DNA from: Octopus bimaculoides
Taxonomy: Eukaryota
Direction: 5' to 3'
Length of the DNA stretch: 64,000 nucleotides
NCBI RefSeq assembly: GCF_001194135.2
Contig: NC_068981.1
Location: 65,499,387-65,563,386, forward strand
Shown: one piece after another, positions 1 through 13,700 of the stretch
How the letters are laid out: each line of letters begins with the position of its first letter
Position numbering within the stretch: position 1 is the stretch's first letter
The notes under the pieces: generated by a model
Told to the model about the DNA's origin: nothing
Seen by the model: only the letters and a program-made list of their open reading frames with translations
Databases searched by the model: none
Translations under genes and position numbers: made by a program

Positions 1-80
1 TTCAAATGAATCAAGTCATAACCTTATCCATCTATTGTTTTCATAATCGGTCATAATGTCTTACGTTTAAGATGATTCCC

Positions 81-177
81 ATGCTTTCCCTGATGAGAAG
101 GTTACAATTTTAATATCAAAGATCCCTATGGATCACACAGGTTGTAATCCTTTGAAACATATGTAGGAATAAAGTAT
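81..177 (+). ncRNA. Type I hammerhead ribozyme motif (probably the tail of a Penelope-like/retrozyme element)
   Basis: Stem I TTCC 86-89/GGAA 166-169; core CTGATGA 90-96; stem II GAAGG-TTACAA 97-107/TTGTAA-T-CCTTT 142-153; GAAA 154-157; palindromic stem III ACATATGT 157-164; cleavage triplet GTA 163-165; AATAAA 168-173. Confidence 0.75.
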
Positions 178-913
178 GCAATTATAACATGCGTTTTCTC
201 CAATTCTTAAATTCTTATATATATATATATATATATATATATACGTACACACACATACACATAACTTGGCTGTCACTTACAAGTATGACATGATAGCTTC
301 ATTTAGCATCTACTTTTCCAATCTTGCATGAATCAGACAAAACTTGTTGAGCTAGATTTTCTATGGCTGGATGCTTTTCCATGGCCGGATGCTCTCACTT
401 GTTTCCATGCTTTCACTAATTGCCCTTAGCAATTAAGTGTGCAGATATAAACAAACATCTTCTCGACCATCCCCGCTCTTGACCCAGTGAATCATTGAAG
501 ATATGAGCAGATTGGAACAACAGGAAATCAAATGTCTTATGCAAAAACACAATGCCTTGCCTGGGCCAGTAATCGAACCCCAACCTTATGATCATAAGTC
601 CAATGCCATGACTAATAGGCCAGGCACCTTACCATGTATGTATGCATATATGTGTATGTATTTATCCCTGTAGACCATGTACAGACATTTTTCATTGTCA
701 CTTTAAGTGAGATACATCGTTTCTCCCTGTCACTGTTGTCACATTCTGTCACCTCTGTCTGTCACTAAATCTAGCTTTACCCTACACTTTTCACCAATCC
801 ACCCACCCTGGTGCCATTTCAGTAAGCAGCATGCACAATATTTTTTCTGAAAGCATACATGCACAATCTTATCTTTCTGTCACTCAACCAAACCCTTGAA
901 AAATCAAAATAAA

Positions 914-959
<46 letters not shown>

Positions 960-1175
960 CATATATACATACATATATATATATAATAACAAACAGGTTT
1001 GCATTTCTTTGGGAAGCATTCATTTCAACTTAGTTACTAACCTTTCAACTGAATTCTAAAGAAACATCAACTATTTTTAATAAACTTTCTGTGACATTCC
1101 ACTCCTTTGTTTCCAGAGACTTCCCATACATTACATTTGCTGCAGCCCATTCCTTCTATCTATAGTGGATGAAAC

Positions 1176-1212
<37 letters not shown>

Positions 1213-2219
1213 AATTAATAAGTTGGGCTTTCTTCATCTTTTATGTTTGTTTTTTTCTTGTTTTAGTTTTAAATCTGGATGAATCAATATTGAATAATAA
1301 AAGGTGTCTGTTTGTGTGTCTTGTGTATGCATTCTGGCTTTAGAAAACATCTCTGTTGTAAGAGGTGATTAAAATGGTTAGCAACAAGAAGGGCAGCCAC
1401 TCATAAAACACTGCTTCAGAAAATCTGTCCAAACCACAACTGGAAAATTGAACATAAAATTGTGTGTGTTTAGACCAATATTGGTTTCAAATTTTGACAC
1501 AAGGCCAGCAATTCCAGGGAGGGGTTAAGTCACTAACATCGACCCCAGTGCTCAACTGGTACTTATTTTATTGACCTCAATGAAAATGATTATAATGATG
1601 GTACAAGTTATGTCATACTTGTGACAGTCAACCTGTGTGTGTATATTAATTACCTGCTTAGATGCCTTTCACAAGTCACTGGCAAAGTCGACCCTCAGTA
1701 GAATTTAAACTCATAATTTTGGATATTTACACAAATCTGCAATCACTCAATGAAAATATACTTAGGCCATGATGGCAACACATTTCAGTGAGATGCTACA
1801 CAAGTCCAAAACTGTTGTCACTTGGGTGCCAGGCTCACAGGCTGCTTGAAACTACCCCTGGTTCTATGATACCTGTTCCTGTTTTAAAGCTATCTTAAAA
1901 CTTTCCAGTAAAATTTCATGTTCATCTATGTTCCAAACACCCACTTAATAATTGCAAAGTTATTTTACTAAATTCTTCATTATTTTTTAAATTATTTGAA
2001 ATAAATGCAGTGCACTTCAGCAAAGAGATGGTAACAAAAGTGTTAAGAACTAAATGAAATATATGTCTTGGAGGTGGCATCAACTGTTGTTGTTAGTAGT
2101 AAGGTATAGTAATTCTTGATGTCTTTCAAAAATTCAGTCAATTCTGTATCAGTAGATTCATGACTCAGAACTAACAAATCAAATACTTTAGTGTAAACCT
2201 CAGCTCCAGCAAAACAATG

Positions 2220-2444
2220 TTAATCCATTAGCATTGGAACTTGCCATTTCAGGCCCAAATATTCTACTTATTTTATTCAAAATGGCTGGATCTGGTTTCT
2301 CACACCTGTCCTACAATGTCATTCTAAAATAAATAATCACATCATTGAAATCACAAGGCTATAAGATAGGGCAAGGTTAATTCAAAACAATTTGAATAAA
2401 TAAACATTACATTTGACTGAGTAATCTCAATGCTAAAGGGTTAA
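2220..2444. mobile_element. TTAA-flanked piggyBac-like MITE
   Basis: Ends TTAATCCATTAGCATT...AATGCTAAAGGGTTAA; body is the reverse complement of the 8192-8410 copy. Confidence 0.6.
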
Positions 2445-4399
2445 TCCGTGCTTCAGTTTGAAGTATTTGGTCATTTAGAATACCCCATAGCTATTACTTT
2501 GCAAACTAGTTTGAGTTGGTAGCATTTACTATATTTTCATTAATTGTTTTAGCAGTTGGTTTAATTGTCAATTTTGTGTTACTGCCAAGATCAACTTTGC
2601 TCTTACTGCCTTTCATCAATTCGAGGTTGATAATATAAAGTAATAATCAACTTCTAAGGTCAGTGATATCAACTAATTCTCTCTCCCAAATTTTAGGCTT
2701 TGTGCCTCTACTAAAAACAGTTATTAGTTAGGCAGTGGCTGGCATATAGTAGAGGAACAAATATAAATCTTTGCTGACAGTCTCTGTGTTTTATGAGTTC
2801 AGGTCCCTCTAGTTTAACTTTTTCTCTTCTGGGGGATGAGTCCATAAAATAAATGCCAGCCATGTACTGACATCAATCTCATTGACTGTATTCTTTCTCT
2901 TCCAAAATGTCTGCCCTTATACCTATATTGAAAAGCTATTATTAATTAATTATGATTATAAGCCGTTATTATAATTTCACAAATTTGGAAATGTGTCTGT
3001 GGAGGAAAGACCATGAAAATTGTTGATTTCCTTCAGAATTTTTCTCAAAATTACACCCTTTTACAGTGTGTTTTTGTGTATGTGTGTGTGTGTAACATAC
3101 ATGCATACAGGTGTGGCTGTCTGATTGAGAATTTTGTTTCCCAAGCATGTGGTTTTGAGTTGTCCCACTGTGTAGCACCTTGAGCAAGTGTTTTCTACTG
3201 TAGCCCTGTGCTGACCAAAGCCTTATAAGGGGATTTGGTAGAGAAACTGAAAAAAGCCCATTGTGTATGTGTAAGTGTGTACACCATTGGTTTGGCATTA
3301 TGTTGAACATCACCATCATACAAGCAGTAGTCTTCATTTCCAGTCTTCCAGAAACATGTCTGGCCATATAGGAAATATTATCTTGCTTGGAAACAGTAAG
3401 GATTGGCAAGAGGAAGGGTATTTGACTGTAGTAAATCTGCCTCAGCAAATTCCATCTAATCCATGCAAACATGGAAAGATGGACTTTAAACAATGATGAT
3501 GATAATATATAAAATCTAAAGTACTTTCGTTAGTGTGAGACACAACTTGTTATTCCCAAGTGGTCCATAAATATGTTTTCAAAACTTTTCAATTCATGCG
3601 TAGATTTTATTATATTTCAGAAATATAAGTTAAAATGAAATCAAAAAGAAAACAAAATGATTTTCAATTCCATTTTTTTTTTTCATTTATTTATTTATTT
3701 TTTATTAACCTGTTAATGTTTCAATAGTCTGAAATTTCATTTACTTTCTGAAGATTAAGAAGTAAGTAGCTTGGTATGTTCAACTTATTTCCACTGAGAG
3801 TAAAAGCTGTTGTCATTAATTAAACCCTTAACTGACAGAAAGCAAAGCTACAAGTGACAGCCATTTTTAAGGAGGGAGTTCTTAAAAGTTAGTTAAGTAC
3901 AATGTTATCATTTTTGTCATCAGCTTCTTTCTTTGTTTCTTCGTTATTATTATTATTATTTTTTTTTTTGTTTTTGTTCCTCATAATAGTATTATTTTGT
4001 GAAATTTTTGCTGCTTGGCACTGTGCATCTCTTTCTGTTGTTCTGTCAAGCGAGAGAAAACCAAGTTTGGCAAAATAGCAGCAACAGAAAGTTGCTGATC
4101 AAACAATTGAAGAACAAAATTTAACAAACAAAGTATGATTAGGAGTGGTTTTAATGGTGACATTTTTCTGCATTACCATGCAGTCATGCTTGATTTCTAG
4201 CTTCTGGCAGATGAGAGAGTGTGTGTGTGTCTAACTCAGAGTGGTGATGGGTTTGGAGAGCAGAGATAATGGTAACTACATGTGGCTGCAGATGAAGTTT
4301 GCGTTCTCATAAACTGACAGTTAAAGACACTTGGAAGTGCAAGTGTTTAAACATGATTTCATTATTCCTTGTGAAAAGCCATAGTCTGGCATTAGTTTG

Positions 4400-4450
<51 letters not shown>

Positions 4451-4535
4451 NNNNNNNNNNATACATATAAATATGTGTGTGGGGGAGAGAGAGAGTCATT
4501 CTTCTGTATTTACACATGTTTATATGCATGCATAT

Positions 4536-4576
<41 letters not shown>

Positions 4577-6259
4577 TTTGTACTTGTGTTTATATTATGT
4601 TTGTATGTGTCTATTTGTTGTATGTACACACACGCATATTTGCAGTTTACAAATGGGAGAGTAAAATACTCAACGTACAGCAAAGCCTTGTGAATGGGTT
4701 TGATAGACAAAAACTGAAAGAAGCCCATCATATGTGTGTGTCACCACTGCTTCACAACCAGTGTTGGTGTGTTTCCATCCCCGTTTACTTAGTAGTTATG
4801 CAAAAGAGGCTGATATAATAAGTACCAAGTTTAAAATATATAAATTCATTTGACTAAATTCTTCAGGGTGGTGCTCCAGCATGGCGTCAGTCTAATGACT
4901 GAAACAAATAAAAGAATGAAAGAATATATGTATGTATGTGAATATATATATGTGTATATATATTCACAGATTTTAGTCAATAGAAGCTAACATCTGTGTG
5001 TGTGTGTGCACATGATGGATTCTCTTCCGTTGATTTTGATATACATGGGTCCAGTTGTTTGATCAATTAATTACCTACTTATTGTATTAGCATGCAAGTG
5101 ACTGAACATTCTACAAATATGTATACCCTTAACAAAATTCTCAGGTAGAATCAGTGTGAAATAGCATGACAAAACTGAGCCTTTGAATTTGCAGATCATC
5201 TCACTGGCTTCTACACTGTTTCCATCTATCCAAATTCATTCAAGAGGTTTGGTTGCCTGAGGTTCTGGTAAAGATGCCATGCAGTGGGATTGAACCCATG
5301 ACCTTGTAATTGTGAAGTGAGGTTCTTTGTCACTGAACCAAATTTGCATCCAGGTGTGCAATGCATTCCATCAAAGTGACACTGGGGTACAAATATATGA
5401 AGCCCAATATATCCATCATGACTACTCGTCTGATAAGGGTACACCAGGCACATGCATCACAGCCATATGTGTGTGACATGGTGACCTTGTATCACGATAA
5501 TCAAATATGCTATTCTTTTACCAGTCATGCTTCAGCACCAGTTTCAAGATTTTAGTCCAGTACTGATTTCAGTTTGATATTAAAAAAAAAATTATCAATA
5601 GCCAAGTCCCTTGCTACAGACACTGGAGAAACGTCAACAGTATAACAGACTTCAATTTCGTTTTGACCATTCAAGTACTGTATGTCTCTGTCTATCTTGG
5701 CTGACTGGTTGTCTATTTGTTTATCTTGATACATGATCACCATGTCACACACACATGGTTGTAATGCATGTGCCTGGTGTACTCTTATCAGACGGGTAGA
5801 CATGATGGGTATATTGGGCTTCATATACTTGTACCCCATTGTCACTATGATGGTATGCATTGCTCTCTCACTCAATAATAATAAAAGTAAATAAAAAACA
5901 TGCCCAAAACAGAACAGCAATGTTGGCCAATTATCTGTGTTGCTGTTTATGTTGTATTACTAAAAACCATAACAAATGGTAAGACACTGTAAGATTTCCT
6001 ATGGTAATATAGATATAAAATGATAGTGATGAAACAAAGTTGCACAATGGGAATTACAACAGCAACGAAAAAATAAGTCTTACTTACTTTTTAGTTTTGT
6101 TAACTTGGGAAATGGCAATTGAACTAATAATGTTATTTGCCTACATTCCTCCACTTTTCATGAGTATTGTATAAACCATAGATAATACAGCACATTGATT
6201 GTAGTCACATAGAGAAACTGTAGACACCATAAAGAGGTTGTAAGATATATATATATATT

Positions 6260-6298
<39 letters not shown>

Positions 6299-6354
6299 AT
6301 ATATATATGTAATACTTATAGCGAGTTTGTAAAATTATATATATATATATGTTG

Positions 6355-6401
<47 letters not shown>

Positions 6402-7321
6402 AATAATCTCTTCATTGATTTTTGGCAATTAATTCCCACAAGAGTACATTGCTGGATTTATTTTTCTTTCCTTGCCATAGATTACTATTTTTCTTCTGTG
6501 TCAGCATTTGGAAGTAGTTTTTTGGAATGGGTCTTCCTCCTAAATATTATATCAGAAGATGTGTGTGCATGCATGTGCACATACATGTCTATGTATGTAT
6601 TTTTCTTGCAATATATTTTAAAGGAATCAAACTTTTTCCCCTCTCTTCCTCTTCCAGCTCCTGTGGTTGACAGCTATGTAGCTTTATTTTTCTTCATTTC
6701 TTCTATTATTACAATTCTACAGAATCTATTCACTCCTGTGGTATAAGTTTCATAATGGAATGGTCATTTTGCATCCTCAGCTTTCCTACAACACTTAGTG
6801 CATCATTCTCCCTTTTCTGCACTCTGTTCCCATCACCATTCATTTGAAACAATTAATACTCTGCTATCAGTGACTCAAATTCTTCCACACTTGCCATCAC
6901 AGTAAAGGAATTTTGATGACTTGATGTCATGTGACCTCAATAAATTCTAAACTAGGAGGTCAAGGAAAGTGCACTCAGAAGATAACAAAAAGAAATGTGT
7001 AGAAAGAAGAGAGAAACCATAAATTTTTGATGAGACAGATAATTTTGCATATAATGGTAATGTAACGATTATTATGGTAATGATGATGATGATGATCATC
7101 ATCATCATTGTTGTTTGAGAGTATTTTCATTAATATAATACCTGACTTATTGTGTAACTAGATAATGCTAGTTTATCAATTAGAAACCTTAACAATAACT
7201 TTGAGATATAATTTTTAATGTGTGTGTGTGTGTGCATACACATATACACACACAGACATACATACTCATGCATGTAAGCTCACACACAAATATATTGTTT
7301 CCGTATTAAAAGTGAAAAACA

Positions 7322-7352
<31 letters not shown>

Positions 7353-8191
7353 ACCATATATGGTTTATCTTTTTTAATTCTAAAATACATCATGTTTTCA
7401 ACCAAACATTTAGTATTATTTCTGTACTTCTTTGGATAACACACACACACTCATATATTTTGTTGTATAAACATGTAAGAGAGAATTCAATATATGTGGA
7501 TGAGTTTACTTGTTCAAAGTTTATTGCAGTTGAGATACGTGTGTTCATTCAGGCAGTGTGTGTGTGTGTGTGAAGGTGTATTTGTAGATATGTATGTGTG
7601 TGTGTATATTCATACCTGCATATATTTGTGTGTTTGACTGTATGTCTTCACATTGACACCATCATCATTTTTTTTTTTTATAAAAAAGCCAGTGGAATAA
7701 GAGCCTTAGTTGAAAACCAAACTAAAAGTTGGTAACAAAAAGGACATCCAGCCATAGAATATTGCCTCAAGAAGTCTTGTCCAGCCCATACTAATACCAA
7801 AATTTATTGTGGTGGTGGTAGTGGTTACAGTGATGATGGTGACAATTCCTCAAAAATAAGACGATTGTTTTATCATTTAGGAGAGCAACAAACCCAGTCC
7901 AGTGTGAAATAATAGGATCTTCAGAAGATACAGCATTTCTGGATTGTAGCACAAACTCCCATTCCAACCCTTTCCCTGCTGCTTCAAGTTCATAAACCGT
8001 AATATTCTGTACTATTTTACATTGTAGGGTGAAAGTAGTATTTAGCTTTAAAAGCCTCCTGTGACAAAAATTGGTGAAATTCAAGCTTTGTAACTAAATG
8101 TTTATGAATTGCCAGAAGTAATGAAAGATTAATTCCATGCTGTTGACATTCAGCCCCAGATCAGCTCTAACTGTGTAGCGCTATGCTATGC

Positions 8192-8410
8192 TTAACCCTT
8201 TAGCATTCAAATTACTCTATCAAATGTAATGCTTATTTATTCGCATTGTTTTAAATTAATCATGCACCATTTCATAGTTTCAAGATTTGAATGATGTGAC
8301 TGTTTATTTCTAGAATGACACTGTAGGGTAGGTGTAAGAGACTGGATCTGGCTGGTTTAAACATAAATCGAGTGAAATATTTGAGCTTGATTTGAATGTT
8401 AAAGAGTTAA
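8192..8410. mobile_element. TTAA-flanked piggyBac-like MITE
   Basis: Ends TTAACCCTTTAGCATT...AATGTTAAAGAGTTAA. Confidence 0.65.
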
Positions 8411-9015
8411 AGATGTTTCAGCTGCAGTCATACTTCTTTTTCATTTTCCCAAGCATAAGTATACTTAGGATTACATCATCCAGTGTGTCTATTTTTATAA
8501 GATGGTAGGTTGTAGTTTTGAAGGAGATTTAGTTGTTACTTCTAGCAGGTCAAGTAACCATGTAGAGACTGATTGGTACAATATTTACAAGTAGATGTGG
8601 TTGTTGGAGTTCCAGCCTTGGGATTAAAATTTATTGAATTATCAGGACTAGAGAAGGATTGAGCTGAATAAATGTTATTTAGTACTTGGTCAGCTCTGAT
8701 CAACAACATTCCAACTATGACTAATCTGTCTTTTGTTTCCAAATAGTATATCTAGGATTGCATTATCTATTGTGTCTTTTAAGTTAGTTTTTTTTTTAAA
8801 AGACTTTTATAGGATGTGATTTGAAGAAGATTTAGTTGTTATTTCTAGTAGGTCAAATAATTGCATTGAATCATCTTCAGTGTTTCATTTAATTAATTGA
8901 CTTTGCTTTTGTTAAAAGCTTTTGTAGATACATTAACATCATAAATTTATTTGTATTATAATGTTTAAATGTCAGCAAGAGATATCTATGTGTGTGTGTT
9001 TTTCTCTCCACTTGT

Positions 9016-9091
<76 letters not shown>

Positions 9092-9120
9092 TCGCTTTCA
9101 CTCTCCCTCTCTCTCTCTCT
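9016..9120. repeat. (CT)n microsatellite
   Basis: Direct reading. Confidence 0.9.
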
Positions 9121-10138
9121 ACTTAGTTCCATTAAATATAGATAATATTTTCATAGTTCTTTGTACTGAAAATGTTAACTACCATATGATGGATGTGCTT
9201 GAAGTAAAAATTGACATATTCATATTTTGATTAAGAGGGAAATGTATTGATGATTGTGGATGTATTTGTTTAAGTATGCACTTGAATGCGTTTGTGAACA
9301 TGCATGTGTGTTTGCACATGTTTATATTAGTAACATGAGTTATTGAAAGGTAGTATGATTATTGTATGGGTGCCTACAAACGAAAAAAAACCTTTGGACA
9401 AAGCAAACAAACATTATGTAAATGATGCAGAAAAATCTCACCTTGAACACAATAGCAAAGATCTATGACAAACCAATTCCTTGTCAGAGCTAAATGAATG
9501 ATTCATAACTGAATGTCTTTTCTAACTGTTGTTTCCACCCAGACCCCATTTGATACTAGTCCTGAGACTAGTATATCTGTCTAGTTCTGTGATAGAAAAC
9601 TTTTCTTAAAGTATTCATATTCAACTTGAAATTTTCCCTCATAATTTTATCTAAGAACTTTTTGCTGTTTCACATACCAGCTTAATATACTCATGGTAGG
9701 TTCTATGTCTGCTAGAAATAGCAATCCCATCTCTCAAATCTCATCCTGCCATCTTAAAAAAAAGGACATGTTTGATAACAGGAAAGGCATCCAGCTGTAG
9801 AAACCATGTCAAAGCAAACACTGGAGCTTGGCACAGTCCTGTGGCTCACCAGCTTCTGTCATACTATCCAACCTGTGCCAGCATGGAAAATGGACATTAA
9901 ATTATGGTGATGGGTAATGTGGCCTTGGACTCCCTTTACAGAGGAAAAGGACAAGATATCACAACCAAAATTCTGGATTATTTTTTAAATCAATTGAAAC
10001 TAATGAAGAATGTATTTTAGAAATTATGGCAGTAAAGGGTTAAAGTAAAAAGTAAATATTTTGTAAACCACCACCTCCAAAAAATCAATGCAAGAGCAGA
10101 AAGGAATCCCACAAAACATTTTTTATTCATCTCTCTCA

Positions 10139-10173
<35 letters not shown>

Positions 10174-10199
10174 AATAATTATTATTATTACTATTATTA

Positions 10200-10790
10200 T
10201 TATTCAACCTGAAATCTTGGGGGAGGGAAATAAATGATTACATTGACCCCAGTGCATTACTGGCACTTATCTCATCAACGCCAAAAGGATGCAAGGCAAA
10301 GTCAACCTCAGTGGAATTTAAACTCAGATCGTAAAAACGGTCAAGATTCCACTAAACATTTTGTCCAGCGTGCTAACAATTCTGCCACTTTGTCATCTTA
10401 ATGATAATAATAATTATGATGATGATAATAATAATCCTTTCTCCTAAAGGCACAAGCCCTGAAATTTTGTGGGAGGGAACTAGTTGATTATATCAACCAA
10501 AGTTTCACTAGTACTTAATTTATCAAGCCCCAAAGGATGAAAGGCAAAGTTAACCTCAGTGGAATTTGAACTCAAATGGCAATGGTTTCAAATTTTGGCA
10601 CAAGGTCAATAATTTTAAGAGAGTAGTTTAATTGATTACATTAACCTCAGTACTAGACTGGTACTTTATTTTATTAACCTCAAAAGGACGAAAGGCAAAG
10701 TTGATTTTAGTGGAATTTGAAACCAGAACATAAAGAGCCATAAGAAGCATTTTGTGATATGCTAATGATTCTGCCAGCTCAGCAAAACAC
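10200..10790 (-). repeat. Head-to-tail array of family A SINE copies
   Basis: Recurrent AAAGGATGAAAGGCAAAGT...GTGGAATTT.AACTC units at ~10285, ~10515, ~10680, separated by (TAA/TTA)n. Confidence 0.65.
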
Positions 10791-13700
10791 AAAAATACAT
10801 CACACCATCATTATCATTAGAATTTATTTATTTATTTATTTATTTATTTGAATGAGTCAGGATGTTCTGCTAAAATATCCTGTCTTTCTCCATTTTCTAC
10901 ATCATTATATCTCTTTTAAGGGTGTGCAACATTTTATCTAAGCTTTTATCCAGGTTCTCATACTTGGTCTTTCTGGTCTGAGTCTGTCTATCTAGGGCTT
11001 ATTCCAAAAAAAAAGTGTTTACTACAAAGCTAAATGGTTTATTAGATGGTGTATGGTCAAGTATATGATTAACTTTGGCCTGACTTTGTATTCTTGTTAC
11101 CATCTACAACACTATTTCTCAATCCACACCTCCATCTCCCGTTTTTTTGTTTTTTTTTTATATATCTCACACTCCTGTTTGATTTTCTCCACAAAAATGT
11201 ATTCCTCACCATGAATGAACAAAGTTAATATATAGCATATTTTTATTCAAAGAAATTTTTAATTAAAACTTCATTTCATATTTTATTCACTTTTTACTTA
11301 CATCCCATTCTGAAACAACTAATGCCACACCATAATATTACTATGCCTGTCTAGTAGGGTTGTGCACCCCATCTTGAAAAACACCAGTTCAGTCTGCAAC
11401 AACAACAACAACAACAACAACTAATACTACAACTAGCAAGCATACAACTTGACCATGAGGAGAAGAAGAGTATTGTTTTCCTTCTGTCACCTATAATCTT
11501 TTTACTAATAACTCTCCATCCTATGGTCTTTCTTGGTCCATTCTCTCCCTCTCCTTACTGAAACACTACCAGCTTTTCTGTCACTTTTTCAAACACCAAG
11601 CAAAATTTTGGTCATTCAAAAATTATGTTTATATCTATCTAGACTCGTGTCATTGTCTTTCATTGTCAAAGAAAGTTTGAAACTTTAAGAAAGTTAATGC
11701 TGTAATCTGCTTTATTGGGGTTCACCTGTGGTTAAACAATAACCCAAAGAAAAAATGTTTTATTGGCACACACACACACACAGTCAATCGCTTATAGTTG
11801 TCAATCAAATTCAACAATGACCATCATCAATTGTGGATCCTTTGTTGACAGTATTTTTTCTTGAAGAGCAGCAACAGTGAAAAACACTACTGCTTGGGCA
11901 ACTGGAAGATCATATGATTGCTATTACACGCTTGACCATGTGCCCTCGGGAGTGAGGAAGCTACAGGAGTGGTAGTATTTCATTGCTACAGTTGTTTGTG
12001 TTACCCTGGCTACCAAACTGAGCATGCCTGAGAGCCAGGGTGCATGTGTCACATTGCAAAGAGAAGATGCTTGTGCAATAAAGCTTTATAGTGGTGTTTA
12101 GAGATGTGCATTTCCCATTCTTACTATTTTCCTCCTGACAAGGGTCATTCAAACTGACCATTGACTCCTCCCAGCTACAGGAAGCTGGCTGAAATTCAGT
12201 TTATAAGAATCAGCCTTAAAAGCTGATTATTGCAGCTTGTTTTCTTTCAACCTTTGTTTTTTAAAACTCATCTACAGGGCATCAGAACAGTGCAGAAAGG
12301 TTACTCACAGCCTACACATGGCTAAGGGACCTTATGCACCCCATTCTTAGATTTGCCAAAGCCTAGAGGTCCACCACTTCTGAAGTAGTCTTGCAGTATG
12401 CTCTTGTTCACTGTTTCTACATACATTCACACGATAGCTAAGGTAGTCATTGACCTTTTATTGGGTTCATAAGCTTTAACGACAGGTCTCATTTTTGTTC
12501 TGCTGAGTTTGAGCACTCTTCTTCACCATGCTAGCTTGGTGGTGGTAGAGATTTAGTCTGCTTGTGTAACAGGCTGTACTGTATTACTTGTTACCAGTAG
12601 CACACAAAGTGACCTGATACAGCGCACAGACACACACACACACAGAGCTGCTATACATTTTTCAGTTGATGGATCATTATTTGCAGCAATGATGTTTATC
12701 TTGTCTAATCTTTAAAAATATATAAATTCAATATTATCCAAAGCTGTTTAATGGCTATATGTGTGTGTGTGTGTGTGTGCTTGTGAATGATGTATGTTCT
12801 TGAGATAGGGAGAGGACCATAAAAGAGTTTAAATGAAGTGTGTGGGAGAGTGGCCAAATTGTGGAGCATATATTGAATAGGAGTATAATGAGAGTAGTGA
12901 AATAAAGGAGAGGAAAAAATGAGAGAGAGGAGTGAAAGAAAGGAAAGTTAGGAGTGAGTAAGAAAAATTCTGTTTTATCTTTCTTTGACTGCCCCTTGCT
13001 CTGATGATTCAGTGATAACTCTGATTAATTCAGTTTCTCAACTGTGATGTGAGTGACTAATAAAAGAAACTGTGGCTATTCTAGTGCCATGTCAGCCTCC
13101 GTCCACAATGAAAACAAACAAAAAATATGCAACTGCTGAGAGCAATGTTAAATTCAAATACATAAATAATGAGCCCCTCCCCACTTCTGACGCAGATGTT
13201 TCTAACCTTGTTCTAGCCCTACCAAAGAAACCACACAAAAAAAAAAAAAATGAAAGAAAATATAAAATAATAATAATTCTAAAAAAAAAAAGCACAAATT
13301 ACAAATAAATAAACTGAGAAGTGAAGTTTTCTGATGTAAGGAAACTCCTATTTCTTTGGGAAGGTTTGCATAAATGCTCAGTATCAGTCAACCATGATTA
13401 CCAGAGGCGTGTTTTTGATAACTTTCTATTGTGTGTGTTTGTGTGTGCCTGTGTGTGGCAGTTATCATGAAGTCATTGTTTGATTTTGATAATTTTTTCT
13501 TTCTTTCTTTTTTTTTTCTTTTTTTTTTATTATTTTTTTTTTTACTATTTTCTCTAGTTGCTTTCTAATTTCATGTCATGAACTTTAATTGTTCATATCA
13601 CACAACAAAAATAAACTGTTTTGATATGAAATTCTTATTTGCTTAGTTTTTTTTTTTTTTTCTGTATTTGTTTTATTCTTGGAAGTTTTTCTCATTTGTT

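Noticed and set aside
2969-3496. 174-aa and 73-aa ORFs
   Set aside because: Mostly the antisense of a family B SINE plus microsatellite; no protein motif.
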